Below are positions 1 to 10,066 of a stretch of 64,000 nt of DNA, one piece after another; within the stretch, counting starts at the first letter, position 1, and each line of letters begins with the position of its first letter. The position numbers and the translations under genes were made by a program. The notes below the pieces were generated by a model. It did no database searches. It saw only the letters and a program-made list of their open reading frames with translations, and was not told where the DNA came from. Source of the stretch: Candidatus Eiseniibacteriota bacterium (GTDB taxonomy: Bacteria > Eisenbacteria > RBG-16-71-46 > JABDJR01); the NCBI GenBank assembly GCA_963783375.1, contig CAWANH010000003.1, positions 1-64,000 on the forward strand, given 5' to 3'.

Positions 1-796
1 CCGCCGAGTAGTCCGTACCGACTCCGCCCACCCAGATGCGGTTCGAACCGGACACGGCGATCTGAAACCCATCCTCGGAGATCCCCCGGGGTTGGTCGAG
101 CCCGGACGCGTACTCCCCTTCGTAGGTGCCGTCGGCGGCGAACCGCTGGACCGTCCCGAGTTGGGCGTCGGCCACCAGGACCCCCTCCTCCGACCACACC
201 GAGATGCCGCTGGGGTCCCGGAACTGGCCCGGACCGTCCCCCTCGCTTCCCCACTGGCGGAGAAAGTTTCCCTCGGCGTCGAAAACCTGGACGCGGTGGT
301 TTCCCGCGTCGGTCACGTAGACATCGCCCCCGTAAACCGCGATCCAGGCCGGCCCCCGGAGCTGCCCCGGCCCCGAACCGGTCTCGCCGAAACTCCGGAG
401 CCAGTTGCCGGTCCGGTCGAAGACCTGGATGCGGTCGTTTCCGGTGTCGGTCACGAAGATTTCCGGCCGGTTCCACTCCCCCGCGACGGCGGTGGGGTTC
501 CGGAACTCGCCCGGACCGGTTCCGGAGGAACCGATCACCGAGTAGCCGGGATCGCCGTCCACGTCCTCGAACGCGAACGGCTCCCGGACGAGCTGGATCC
601 GGTCGTTCCCCGAATCCACCACCCACAGCGCGCCGGCATTCCAGACGCCCTTCGGGGCGTGGAATTCGCCCGGACCGGTTCCGGAGGTCCCCAGAGTCCC
701 TTCCACGATGACCCCCTGGGAAAACGCGACCGAAACGAAGATGAGAGGGAGCAGACCGGAGAAAAATGCAAGGCGCCGGAAGTGACCAGATCCCAT
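1..796 (-). CDS. Secreted NHL-repeat beta-propeller protein (3' end runs off the window)
   Basis: Not in the ORF track because it is open-ended. Reading the minus strand from ATG 796 gives MGSGHFRRLAFFSGLLPLIFVSVAFSQ (signal peptide), then repeated G-x-GPG(E/Q)F-x-x-P-x-G...(V/T)D-x-GN(D/H)R(I/V)Q(V/L)F NHL units. TATACT -10 at 911-916. Confidence 0.88.
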   Translation of the reverse strand, partial: MGSGHFRRLAFFSGLLPLIFVSVAFSQGVIVEGTLGTSGTGPGEFHAPKGVWNAGALWVVDSGNDRIQLVREPFAFEDVDGDPGYSVIGSSGTGPGEFRNPTAVAGEWNRPEIFVTDTGNDRIQVFDRTGNWLRSFGETGSGPGQLRGPAWIAVYGGDVYVTDAGNHRVQVFDAEGNFLRQWGSEGDGPGQFRDPSGISVWSEEGVLVADAQLGTVQRFAADGTYEGEYASGLDQPRGISEDGFQIAVSGSNRIWVGGVGTDYSA

Positions 797-1049
797 GACA
801 ACCCGTCCTTCCTGGTGGACGGCCGGGGGGATGGGGCGGACCACCGCTGCCGGGGAATGGAGCCCCGGTCGGCCCGCGCGGATGCCGGGGACGATCGCGG
901 GGGTGCATGGAGTATACGCCTTTGGTGACCCATCCATCCAACCGGACCTCGGCCGTCCGGACCGGCGGCCGGCTCCCCGGATTCCGGCAACAGCTTGGCC
1001 CGGGCCCGTTTCCGTGGCCGGCTCCGGGGCCGACACGCCGGGGGACCTG

Positions 1050-1058
1050 TGCTACACT
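1050..1058 (+). promoter_or_regulatory. Extended -10 element (TG-C-TACACT) upstream of ctaA
   Basis: tgctacact lies about 65 nt before ATG 1125, in the divergent intergenic region. Confidence 0.45.
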
Positions 1059-1124
1059 TCGTCGGTTCCGGCCGCACGTCGTCGGATGTCGTCGTTCACA
1101 ATCAAACCCTTGGGTTCCATCGTC

Positions 1125-2120
1125 ATGAACCTCCAGGAAACCCGCCGGGCCGCTCCCGGCACCCGCACCGCGCTCTACCGCTACGCCCAGGTCGTGGCCG
1201 GATCGGTGGTCCTCCTCCTTGCGGCGGGGGCCATGGTCACCAGCACCGGCTCCGGGCTCTCGGTCCCCGACTGGCCGCTCTCCTTCGGCCAGGTCATGCC
1301 CCCCATGCAGGGAGGGGTCTTCTACGAGCACGGCCACCGGATGATTGCCGCCGCGGTGGGCGTCCTCACCATCATCCTCGCGGTGTGGCTGTGGATCCGC
1401 GAGCCGCGGGCCTGGATGCGCCGGCTGGGCTGGACCGCCCTGGGCCTGGTCATCGTCCAGGGGGTCCTGGGCGGGATGACCGTGCTCATGAAGCTCCCGG
1501 TCTGGACCTCGGCCGCCCACGCCTCCCTGGCCCAGGGGTTCTTCATGGTGACGGTGTTCATCGCCCTGGCCCTCTCCCCCGGCTGGAACCGCGGCACGCG
1601 CATGCCCGAGGCCTCGGATTCCCGGCTCCCGGTCTGGGCCACCGCGGCCACCCTCGCCATCTACATCCAGCTGGTGATCGGGGCGGTGATGCGCCACATG
1701 AACGCGGGTCTGGTCATCCCGGATTTCCCCCTGTCTTTCGGCGGGCTGGTCCCCGCCCACTTCACCCCGGAGATCGCCATCGCCTACGCCCACCGGCTCT
1801 GGGCGGTCGTGACCTTCGCGGCGGTGGTCGCCGCCTCGGTGAGCGCGCTTCGCACCGCGGGAAAACGCGCCGAACTCGCCAGCCCGGCGATCCTCATGCT
1901 CATCCTGGTGACCGCACAGGTCACCCTGGGGGCCTTCATCATCTGGACCCAGCGCCAGGTCCACGTGACCACCACCCACGTGGTCACGGCGGCGATCCTC
2001 CTCGCGGTGAGCCTCGTGCTCACCGCCCGTAGCTGGCACACCCTGCGCCTCCCCCGGACCGCGCCCGAGACCCTGACCTCGCGCGAGGGCGCGATCGGAT
2101 ACGGAAAGGCCCCCGCGTGA
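1125..2120 (+). CDS. ctaA: Heme A synthase (COX15/CtaA family)
   Basis: GAMVTSTGSGLSVPDWP, FYEHGHR, second half GLVIPDFP...AHR, conserved His residues, ~8 TM; directly upstream of ctaB; start reassigned to ATG 1125. Confidence 0.92.
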   Translation: MNLQETRRAAPGTRTALYRYAQVVAGSVVLLLAAGAMVTSTGSGLSVPDWPLSFGQVMPPMQGGVFYEHGHRMIAAAVGVLTIILAVWLWIREPRAWMRRLGWTALGLVIVQGVLGGMTVLMKLPVWTSAAHASLAQGFFMVTVFIALALSPGWNRGTRMPEASDSRLPVWATAATLAIYIQLVIGAVMRHMNAGLVIPDFPLSFGGLVPAHFTPEIAIAYAHRLWAVVTFAAVVAASVSALRTAGKRAELASPAILMLILVTAQVTLGAFIIWTQRQVHVTTTHVVTAAILLAVSLVLTARSWHTLRLPRTAPETLTSREGAIGYGKAPA

Positions 2121-3016
2121 AAGAAGGCGTCCTCCGGCAGAGCGAAGTCCGCACCTCCCCCTTCGCAGACTACCTGGAGCTGACCAAGCCGCGGATCACC
2201 CTGCTGGTGGTGCTGACCGCGGCGGTGGGCTACTTCATGGCCAGCCGCGCCGCGCTCTGGCCGCTGGGGCTCATCCACACCATGCTGGGCACCGCGCTGG
2301 TGGCCTCGGGGGCCAGCGTCTTGAATCAGGTGCGGGAGCGCGACGCCGACGCCCGCATGCGCCGGACCGCCAACCGCCCCATCCCCGCCGGACGGGTGAG
2401 CCCGGAGAGTGCGCTCCTCTTCGGAGCCGCCCTGGGGCTGGCGGGCGTGGCCTATACCGCGGCGTTCCTGAACCTCACGGTGGCGGTCCTGGCCGCGGCC
2501 ACCCTCGCCAGCTACGTCTTCGTCTATACCCCGCTCAAGCGGAAGACCACCTTGAACACCCTGGTGGGGGCGATCCCCGGCGCGCTCCCCCCGGTGGGGG
2601 GATGGGCTGCGGCCTCGGGGGGAGTGGTATCCCGCGAGGCCTGGGCGCTCTTCCTCATCGTCTTCCTCTGGCAGGTGCCGCATTTCCTGGCCATCGCCTG
2701 GATGCTCAGGAAGGACTACGAGCGCGGTGGGTTCAGGATGCTCCCGGTGGTGGATCCCACCGGGTCGGCCACCGGCCGCCACGTCGCTCTGAGCGCCATC
2801 GCCCTGGTGCCGGTGAGCCTGGTCCCCACCATCCTGGGCATGACCGGCGCGATCTATTTCTTTGGAGCCCTGGTCCTCACCCTCGGGTACGCCGCCACCA
2901 GCCTCTGGATGGCCCGCCGGCCCGCGGATCCGAGCGCCCGCTGGCTCTTCCTCGGTTCGATCGTTTATCTCCCCGCGCTTCTCGTGATGATGATGATCGA
3001 CAAGCTGCCGACCTAG
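2117..3016 (+). CDS. ctaB: Protoheme IX farnesyltransferase (heme O synthase)
   Basis: ELTKPRI, NQVRERDADARMRRTANRPIPAGR, YTPLKR, GAIPGALPP, WQVPHFLAIAW. Confidence 0.96.
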   Translation: MKEGVLRQSEVRTSPFADYLELTKPRITLLVVLTAAVGYFMASRAALWPLGLIHTMLGTALVASGASVLNQVRERDADARMRRTANRPIPAGRVSPESALLFGAALGLAGVAYTAAFLNLTVAVLAAATLASYVFVYTPLKRKTTLNTLVGAIPGALPPVGGWAAASGGVVSREAWALFLIVFLWQVPHFLAIAWMLRKDYERGGFRMLPVVDPTGSATGRHVALSAIALVPVSLVPTILGMTGAIYFFGALVLTLGYAATSLWMARRPADPSARWLFLGSIVYLPALLVMMMIDKLPT

Positions 3017-3031
3017 GCGAGGAGCGATCGG

Positions 3032-4066
3032 ATGCACGTGACCCTTCCCGCGGAAGACGAAACGGAGCGAGCCGCCGCCGCCGGTGAGCCGATCATCGAG
3101 CTCATCGACCTGGTGCACCGCTACGGAAAGCGCGAGGCGCTCCGCGGGGTGAGCTTCACCGTGGCCCGGGGCGAGGTCTTCGGGGTGCTGGGCCCCAACG
3201 GGGGCGGAAAGAGCACCCTCTTCCGCATTCTCTCCACCATGATCCCGGCCACCGGCGGGACGGTGCGGCTGTTCGGGCGGGACCCCGGGCGCGATCTGAC
3301 CGCGGTCCGGCGCGAGCTGGGGGTGGTGTTCCAGTCCCCGAGCCTGGACCTGATGCTGAACGCCCGGGAGAACCTCCTCCACCAGGGGCACCTCTACGGC
3401 CTCCACGGGAAGGACCTCGACCGGCGGATGGCCGACATGCTCCGGCAGGTGGGGCTGGAGAACCGCGCCTCCGAACGCATCTCCCAGTTCTCCGGCGGCA
3501 TGCGCCGGCGGTTGGAGATCGCCAAGGCGCTGCTCCACCGGCCCAAGCTCCTGATCCTCGACGAGCCCTCGACCGGGCTCGACCCCGGCGCCCGCCGCGA
3601 TATGTGGGAACACCTGCGCCGCATGCGGGAGATGCAGGGGGTCACCATCATCTTCACCACCCACCTCATGGACGAGGCGGAGGGATGCGACCGGCTGGCC
3701 CTTCTCGATGCCGGGCGCATGGTGGCCCTGGACACCCCCGGCGCGCTCAAGCAGCGGGTGGGGGGGGACGTGATGACCCTGGAAACCGACGACCCCGAGG
3801 CGCTGGCCCGGGAGGTCAACGATCGCTTCGCCGCCGAGGCCTCGGTCATCGGCGATCGTGTGCGCCTGGAGCGGCGGAACGGCCACGAGTTCCTGACCGC
3901 GCTGGTGGAGGCCTACCCCGGCCGCATCCGCTCCGTCTCGGTGGGACAACCCACCCTGGAGGACGTCTTCATCGACCTCACCGGGCGCCGGTTCGATGAG
4001 GCCGAGGCCGAGGAACTGGCCCGTCGCGAGGCCGAGGGGAAGAAACGCCGGGGAGGCCGCCGATGA
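3032..4066 (+). CDS. ABC-2 type transporter ATP-binding subunit
   Basis: Walker A GPNGGGKST, signature FSGGMRRR, Walker B LILDEPSTGLDP, C-terminal PTLEDVFI. Confidence 0.95.
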   Translation: MHVTLPAEDETERAAAAGEPIIELIDLVHRYGKREALRGVSFTVARGEVFGVLGPNGGGKSTLFRILSTMIPATGGTVRLFGRDPGRDLTAVRRELGVVFQSPSLDLMLNARENLLHQGHLYGLHGKDLDRRMADMLRQVGLENRASERISQFSGGMRRRLEIAKALLHRPKLLILDEPSTGLDPGARRDMWEHLRRMREMQGVTIIFTTHLMDEAEGCDRLALLDAGRMVALDTPGALKQRVGGDVMTLETDDPEALAREVNDRFAAEASVIGDRVRLERRNGHEFLTALVEAYPGRIRSVSVGQPTLEDVFIDLTGRRFDEAEAEELARREAEGKKRRGGRR

Positions 4067-4848
4067 ACGTGTTGCTCCCCGCGGTGACCCTGTGGCGGCG
4101 CGAGGTGGTTCGCTTCCTTCGCCAGCCCAACCGCGTCATCGGGGCGGTGGGGTCTCCGCTTCTCTTCTGGGTCATTCTCGGCTCGGGATTGGGGCGCTCC
4201 TTCCAGCCCGGCAAGGGCGGCGACGGCCACTACCTGGTCTACGCTTTCCCCGGGACCCTGGTCCTGATCCTCCTCTTCACCGCCATCTTCTCCACCATCT
4301 CCATCATCGAGGATCGGAAGGAAGGCTTCCTCCAGTCGGTCCTGGTGGCGCCGGTTCCGCGGAGCGTGGTGGTGCTGGGGAAGATCCTGGGCGGGGCGTT
4401 TCTGGCCTTCATCCAGGCGGCGTTGTTCCTGGCCCTGGCTCCCACCGTGGGGGTCCACTTCACCGTGGTCAACCTCCTGGGGACGGTGGGCATGTTGATC
4501 GTGCTGGGGATGGGGCTCACCGGGCTCGGGTTCGTGATCGCCTGGCGCATGCAGTCGATCCAGGGTTTCCACGCCATCATGAACTTCCTGCTCCTCCCCA
4601 TGTGGCTCCTCTCCGGGGCGCTCTTTCCCCCCGGCGGGGCGTCGGTCTGGATGCGATGGCTCATCCTCCTGAACCCGCTCACCTACGGGGTGACCGCGGT
4701 TCGCCGCTTGCTCTTCCCCACGGATCCGGGGCTGGCCGGACTGCCCGGCCTCCTTCCCGCGGTCCTGGTCTCGATCGGTTTCGCGGCGGCGTTCTACGTC
4801 GCCGCCTCGTGGGTCGCGCGCGGCGCCACCCGGGGAGATCTGCAATGA
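4063..4848 (+). CDS. ABC-2 type transporter permease
   Basis: Six hydrophobic segments, DRKEGFLQSVLVAP, SGALFP, NPLTYGV; ATGA overlap with the ATPase gene. Confidence 0.93.
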   Translation: MNVLLPAVTLWRREVVRFLRQPNRVIGAVGSPLLFWVILGSGLGRSFQPGKGGDGHYLVYAFPGTLVLILLFTAIFSTISIIEDRKEGFLQSVLVAPVPRSVVVLGKILGGAFLAFIQAALFLALAPTVGVHFTVVNLLGTVGMLIVLGMGLTGLGFVIAWRMQSIQGFHAIMNFLLLPMWLLSGALFPPGGASVWMRWLILLNPLTYGVTAVRRLLFPTDPGLAGLPGLLPAVLVSIGFAAAFYVAASWVARGATRGDLQ

Positions 4849-5483
4849 ACACGCCGGTAGTCCCGCGCCGGAGCGGCAGGCGGGAAAAAGTGGTCTGGGG
4901 GGTGCTGGTGGCCGCGCTCCTGGGGGTGATGGGGACCGCGATATACACCGCGGTTCGACCCCGGGGCCCGGAGTTGGATCGGCTCGGACCCGCCCCCAAC
5001 TTCACCCTGATCTCCCAGGACGCGAAGCCCTTTTCCCGGGACGAGCTTCTGGGCACGGTCTGGATCGCCGACTTCATGTACACCCGCTGTCAGGGGCTCT
5101 GCCCCATCCTGGCCCAGCGGATGGCGACGATCCAGGAACAGCTCACGGGGACCCGGGGGTGGAAGCTGGTCTCGTTCTCCGTGGATCCCGAGTACGACAC
5201 CCCCGAAGTGCTGAGGGCCTATGCCGCCGAGCACGGCGCCGAAACCCGGGACTGGACGTTTCTGACCGGCGAGAAGCAGACGGTGCGAAACCTGGTCACC
5301 CAGGGGTTTCATCTGGCGGTGGAAGAGGGGGCGGGGGACGAGAAGGAGCCCACACTTCACAGCCAGCGCATCGTGCTGGTCGACGCCCGAGGGCAGATCC
5401 GAGGCTACTACGACGCCCTCGATCAGGACGCCATGACCAAGCTGGTTACCGACGCGCGGGGACTCATCGCCAGGGGGACGTGA
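4845..5483 (+). CDS. SCO1/SenC family copper chaperone
   Basis: N-terminal TM, DFMYTRCQGLCP (CxxxC), SFSVDPEYDTPEVL, conserved HS; start at ATG 4845 overlapping the previous stop. Confidence 0.93.
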   Translation: MNTPVVPRRSGRREKVVWGVLVAALLGVMGTAIYTAVRPRGPELDRLGPAPNFTLISQDAKPFSRDELLGTVWIADFMYTRCQGLCPILAQRMATIQEQLTGTRGWKLVSFSVDPEYDTPEVLRAYAAEHGAETRDWTFLTGEKQTVRNLVTQGFHLAVEEGAGDEKEPTLHSQRIVLVDARGQIRGYYDALDQDAMTKLVTDARGLIARGT

Positions 5484-6022
5484 TGGGGATCGGCGACCTT
5501 CCCACCCTGAACGCGATCCTGAACGGGTCCAGCGCGGTCCTGCTCGGCATGGGTTACCGGTTCATCCGCCGGGGCCGAGTAGGCGCCCACCGAGCCAGCA
5601 TGCTGGCCGCGTTCGGCGCCTCGACCCTGTTCCTGATCTCCTACCTCACCTACCATGCTCTGTCCGGCATGCATCGGTTCCAGACCCCGGGCCCGGTTCG
5701 TTGGATCTATCTCGCGATCCTCGGCGCGCACACCGTGCTTGCGGTGGTGATCGTCCCTCTGGTACTCATCACCCTGTTTCGGGGGCTTCGCGGCCGGTTC
5801 GTCGAGCACCGCCGGATCGCGCGATGGACCTGGCCGATCTGGATGATCGTATCGGTGACCGGAGTCATCATTTATCTGATGCTCTACCACCTGGATCCGG
5901 CCCTGATGAGGCGGAGCGGCCGGCCGGAGGCGGTCACCCCGCGGCCGGTTCGGACGGAGACCGGCCTGCTGGTCACTGCTAGAATCCCGGGACCCCCGGA
6001 AAACGCCTCACCGGATCAATAA
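5483..6022 (+). CDS. DUF420 family membrane protein (cytochrome oxidase assembly-associated)
   Basis: LPTLNAILN, HRASM, FLISYLTYH, HRRIARWTWPIWMIVSVTGVIIYLMLY; start at ATG 5483. Confidence 0.9.
   Translation: MGIGDLPTLNAILNGSSAVLLGMGYRFIRRGRVGAHRASMLAAFGASTLFLISYLTYHALSGMHRFQTPGPVRWIYLAILGAHTVLAVVIVPLVLITLFRGLRGRFVEHRRIARWTWPIWMIVSVTGVIIYLMLYHLDPALMRRSGRPEAVTPRPVRTETGLLVTARIPGPPENASPDQ
5977..5985 (+). promoter_or_regulatory. Extended -10 element (TG-C-TAGAAT) inside the DUF420 3' tail, likely driving the M32 peptidase gene
   Basis: tgctagaat lies about 47 nt before ATG 6033, followed by RBS taaggag. Confidence 0.45.
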
Positions 6023-6032
6023 GGAGCGGATC

Positions 6033-7547
6033 ATGAGTTCTACGAATGCGACGGATCGCTTCCATCACGTCATGGAGCGGGCGGCGGAGCTGGCCGACCT
6101 GGAGAGCGCGGGGGCCCTGCTCGGTTGGGACCAGGAGACCTTCATGCCCAAGGGGGGCGCGGACGGCCGTTCCATGGTCACGTCCACCCTGGCCGGGGTG
6201 ATCCACCAGAAACTGACCCATCCCGAGCTCATCGAGAGCCTGGATTCCCTGGTCGGCGACGGGGCCGGACTGGACGACACCGCCCGCGCCCAGGTCCACG
6301 AGCTGAACCGCATCTGCCGGCGGGCGGTCAAGGTTCCCGAGCGGTTGGTCATGGAGATGGCTCAGACCCAGTCCAAGGCCACGTCGGTCTGGGCGGAAGC
6401 GCGGGAACGGAAGGACTATCCGGCCTTCGCTCCCTATCTCGAGAAGATCTACGCCCTCAAACGCGAGACCGCCGAGGCCATCGGATACAAGGAAGAGCCC
6501 TACGAAGCGCTTCTCGACGAGTACGAACCGGGCGCCAGCGTGAGCGCCACCGCCCGGACCCTGGGCGAGGTGCGCGACTTCCTGATTCCCATGGTGAAGG
6601 CCATCGCCGACTCCGGCCGGAAGCCCGACCCGAAGCTCATGGCCGGTCCCTACGACGTCAAGCGCCAGGACGCCTTCGGCCGGGAGATCGTGGCCGCGAT
6701 GGGATTCGAAATGAAATCGGGCCGGCTCGATCTCTCCGCTCACCCCTTCACCAGCGGAATCCACGCCGGAGACGTCCGCCTCACCACCCGGTACAAGGAC
6801 GATCTGAGCGTGGGGCTTTTCGGCACCATGCACGAGGCGGGACACGGCCTCTACGAACAGAATTTGCCCGTAGAGTTCAGCCGCACCCCCATCGGGACCT
6901 CCACCTCCCTGGGCATTCACGAGTCCCAGTCGAGGATGTGGGAGAACCTGGTGGGCCGGAGCCTCCCCTTCTGGACCCACTTCTATCCCAGGCTCCAGGC
7001 GATCTTCCCCGAGCGCCTCGGCTCGGCTTCCCTCGACGAGTTCTACCGGGCGGTCAACACCGTCCAGCCCTCGTTCATCCGCATCGAGGCCGACGAGGTG
7101 ACCTACAACCTCCACATCATCCTCCGCTTCGAGCTGGAGCGGGAAATCCTCTCCGGGAAGCTGGCGGTGAAGGATCTGGTCGAGGCCTGGAACTCCCGGT
7201 TCGAGGAGTACCTGGGGCTCACGCCCCCCACGCCCGACCTCGGGGTCATGCAGGACATCCACTGGGCCTCCGGGTACATCGGCTACTTTCCCACCTACAC
7301 CCTGGGGAACCTCTACGCCTCGCAGTTCTACGATGCGGCGAAGCGCGACATCCCGGACCTGGAAGCGCGGATCTCCCGGGGGGACCTGATCCCGCTTCGG
7401 GACTGGGTGGTGGAGCACGTGCACCGTTGGGGACGGCGATACCCGGCCGCGGAGCTGGTGGAACGGGCCACGGGGAGCGCTCCCACCGGTGAACCGTTCA
7501 CCCGGTATCTGAAAGCCAAGTTCGGGCCGCTGTACGGCCTGGACTGA
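6033..7547 (+). CDS. Carboxypeptidase M32 (Taq-type)
   Basis: WDQETFMP, HPF, DVRLTTR, HEAGH zinc motif, HESQS, IRIEADEVTY, QDIHW, GYFPTYTLGN. Confidence 0.96.
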   Translation: MSSTNATDRFHHVMERAAELADLESAGALLGWDQETFMPKGGADGRSMVTSTLAGVIHQKLTHPELIESLDSLVGDGAGLDDTARAQVHELNRICRRAVKVPERLVMEMAQTQSKATSVWAEARERKDYPAFAPYLEKIYALKRETAEAIGYKEEPYEALLDEYEPGASVSATARTLGEVRDFLIPMVKAIADSGRKPDPKLMAGPYDVKRQDAFGREIVAAMGFEMKSGRLDLSAHPFTSGIHAGDVRLTTRYKDDLSVGLFGTMHEAGHGLYEQNLPVEFSRTPIGTSTSLGIHESQSRMWENLVGRSLPFWTHFYPRLQAIFPERLGSASLDEFYRAVNTVQPSFIRIEADEVTYNLHIILRFELEREILSGKLAVKDLVEAWNSRFEEYLGLTPPTPDLGVMQDIHWASGYIGYFPTYTLGNLYASQFYDAAKRDIPDLEARISRGDLIPLRDWVVEHVHRWGRRYPAAELVERATGSAPTGEPFTRYLKAKFGPLYGLD

Positions 7548-7642
7548 TCTTCGAACGCCGGGAACCTGACCGCCGATCGGAGTGCGCCGGACGAGGCCCT
7601 CCGGTCGGCGGATTCACGAGCCATCAAGAGGGGGTGCGGGCG

Positions 7643-8584
7643 ATGAACATTTCCTTTCTCGATCCCCTGGTGCGGGCCTGGGGCCGGACGCGCGCCATGC
7701 TCTTCGCCGGGATCGGCGTGGGGGGGTGGTTCGTTCTGGGGTTCTCGGCCTGGCTGGCCGGCCTGGCCGACGGACGGAACGGCACCTCCGGGCTCGACAT
7801 GAACTACAAGCGGGGCGAGCCTCCCTTTCACGGCTTTCCGGGGCTGGCGCACCTCATCACCCAGATCCAGGCGGGCGCCCCCTGGATCTTCCTGGCCGTC
7901 TTCGGGGGGCTGGTGGCCCTGGCCCTGGGAATTCTCTTCCTCTGGCTGAGCTCGCGGGCCAAGTTCGTCTTCCTGGACAACGTCCTCCACCGCCGGGCGG
8001 CGATGGTCGACCCCTGGAATCGCTACGGGCGCCTCGGGGACTCGCTGTTCCTCTGGCGGCTGGTGTTCTCGGCCATCGTGTTCCTGGTGGTCCTGGGGGT
8101 CATCATCCCGGTGGTTCTGGCCACCGGGATCGGGAGCCACTTCGGGTGGTCGGATCTTCTCACCGGGGGGATGTTCATCCTCCTCGTTTTCGCCATCCTG
8201 CTCATCGTCCTCCCGGTGGCCTACGTCCAACTCCTCCTGGACGACTTCGTCGTTCCGATCATGTACGTGCGGAACGTCTCCACCACCGCGGCCTGGGGGA
8301 TCTTCTTCCCCCTCCTCCGGCGTGAGCTCGTCCACTTCATCCTCTACGGCTTTCTCATCCTCGCCCTCTGGATCGTGGTGGCCATGGGGATCACCTTCCT
8401 GGGCCTGGCCACCTGTTGCGTGGGGTTCCTGATCCTGGCCATCCCCTACATCAACTCGGTCATCCTGCTCCCGGTTTCCGTCACCTACCGGGCCTATAGC
8501 GTGGAGTTCCTGGGGCAGTTCGGGACGGAGTTCGCGGCGATCCCGGCCGCGGGCGCCTCGGAGCCGCCTTCTCCCCAGGCCTAG
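7643..8584 (+). CDS. Conserved hypothetical multi-pass membrane protein
   Basis: ORF with high GC3 codon bias and 5-6 hydrophobic segments, C-terminal TCC motif; start could be 7634 or 7643. Confidence 0.75.
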   Translation: MNISFLDPLVRAWGRTRAMLFAGIGVGGWFVLGFSAWLAGLADGRNGTSGLDMNYKRGEPPFHGFPGLAHLITQIQAGAPWIFLAVFGGLVALALGILFLWLSSRAKFVFLDNVLHRRAAMVDPWNRYGRLGDSLFLWRLVFSAIVFLVVLGVIIPVVLATGIGSHFGWSDLLTGGMFILLVFAILLIVLPVAYVQLLLDDFVVPIMYVRNVSTTAAWGIFFPLLRRELVHFILYGFLILALWIVVAMGITFLGLATCCVGFLILAIPYINSVILLPVSVTYRAYSVEFLGQFGTEFAAIPAAGASEPPSPQA

Positions 8585-8620
8585 CCCGGGCCTTTCACGA
8601 ACCCGCTGCGGCCGGGAGCA

Positions 8621-10066
8621 TCAGGTCCGGCGCCAGAACATGGGGGTGAGGACGACGAGCACGGTGAAGAGCTCGAGGCGTCCCAGAAGCATGCAGCCCG
8701 ACAGCACCATCTTGGCCGCGGCCGGCAACCCGGCGTAGGTGCTGGCCGGACCCACGCTCCCCAGTCCGGGGCCGATATTGCCCAGGGTGGCCGCCGCCGC
8801 CCCCAGGGAAGTGGTGAGATCAACCCCCATCGCCGACACCGACAGGGTCGCCACCGCGAACACCAGCACGTAGAGGAGGAAGAACCCCAGGACGTTCATC
8901 ATGACCTCGTCGGGGACCCGCCGCCCCGAGAGGCGCACCTGGAACACCGCCTGGCGATGAAGGAGCCGCCGGATCTCTCGGTGTCCGTGCTTGCCCAGGA
9001 GCAGGACCCGCATGTTCTTCATGCCGCCGCCGGTCGAGCCCGCGCACCCGCCGATGAACATCAGGAGGAGGAGCAGGATCTGGGCGGCCGCGCCCCAGAG
9101 CAGGAAGTCCGCGGTCCCGAACCCGGTGGTGGTGAGGATGGAGACCGCCTGGAACGAGGCGAGCTGCAGGCCGTGAAGCGGCGCCTCGCCCAGGCGGAAC
9201 ACCAGGTCCGCCCAGAGGAGCGCGATGGCCGCCACCGTCACCGCGGTGTAGAAACGGAACTCCTCGTCCCGCCAGTAGTGCCCGAACCGCCGGCGCAGGA
9301 GCCAGTAGTGGAGCGCGAAGTTCGCCCCGGCCAGGAACATGAACACGGTGATCACGGTCTGGATGAAGGGGCTGGGGAAGGCGCCCACCGAGGCGTTCCG
9401 GGTGGAGAACCCGCCGGTGGCCATGGTGCCGAAGGTATGGCAGAGAGAGTCGAAGAAGTTCATCCCTCCGAACATGAGGAGCCCGGCCTCGATGGCCGAC
9501 AGCCCCACGTAGACCCCCCATAGGATCTTGGCCGTGGACTGGATGCGGGGGGAAAGGCGGTCGGCGGTGGGTCCGGGAACCTCGGCCCGAAAGAGCTGCA
9601 TCCCCCCGACTCCGAGGGTGGGAAGCACGGCCACCGAGAGCACCACGATCCCCATTCCCCCCAGCCAGTGGGTGAGGCTCCGCCAGAAGAGAAGGCCCCG
9701 GGGCAATGCCTCGATGTCGGTGAGGATGGTGGCCCCGGTGGTGGTGAACCCGCTCATCGACTCGAAGAACGCGTCCACCGGACTTCGAACCGCCCCCGAG
9801 ATCACGAACGGCAGCGCTCCGAACACCGCGCAGGCCAGCCAGCCGAAGGTGACGATGGCGAAGCCGTCCTTCACCGAAAGATCCACCTTCCCGCGGGTGC
9901 CGGCCATCATGGCCAGTCCGGCGCCTATGGAGATGCCGGCGGAAATGAGGAGGGGGAAGAGGTCGCGGGTGTGATCGGCGAAGGCGAACCCGGCGGCGGG
10001 GATCATGAAGATCCCGATCGCGGCCAGGAGCACTCCCAGGACCCGGAGCACCGACCGGCGGTTCAT
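8621..10066 (-). CDS. trkH: Trk system potassium uptake membrane protein
   Basis: FESMSGFTTTGAT, WLGGMGI, TGGFST, TTTGFGT, GGCAGSTGGGMK, GNIGPG, GRLE. Confidence 0.96.
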   Translation of the reverse strand: MNRRSVLRVLGVLLAAIGIFMIPAAGFAFADHTRDLFPLLISAGISIGAGLAMMAGTRGKVDLSVKDGFAIVTFGWLACAVFGALPFVISGAVRSPVDAFFESMSGFTTTGATILTDIEALPRGLLFWRSLTHWLGGMGIVVLSVAVLPTLGVGGMQLFRAEVPGPTADRLSPRIQSTAKILWGVYVGLSAIEAGLLMFGGMNFFDSLCHTFGTMATGGFSTRNASVGAFPSPFIQTVITVFMFLAGANFALHYWLLRRRFGHYWRDEEFRFYTAVTVAAIALLWADLVFRLGEAPLHGLQLASFQAVSILTTTGFGTADFLLWGAAAQILLLLLMFIGGCAGSTGGGMKNMRVLLLGKHGHREIRRLLHRQAVFQVRLSGRRVPDEVMMNVLGFFLLYVLVFAVATLSVSAMGVDLTTSLGAAAATLGNIGPGLGSVGPASTYAGLPAAAKMVLSGCMLLGRLELFTVLVVLTPMFWRRT

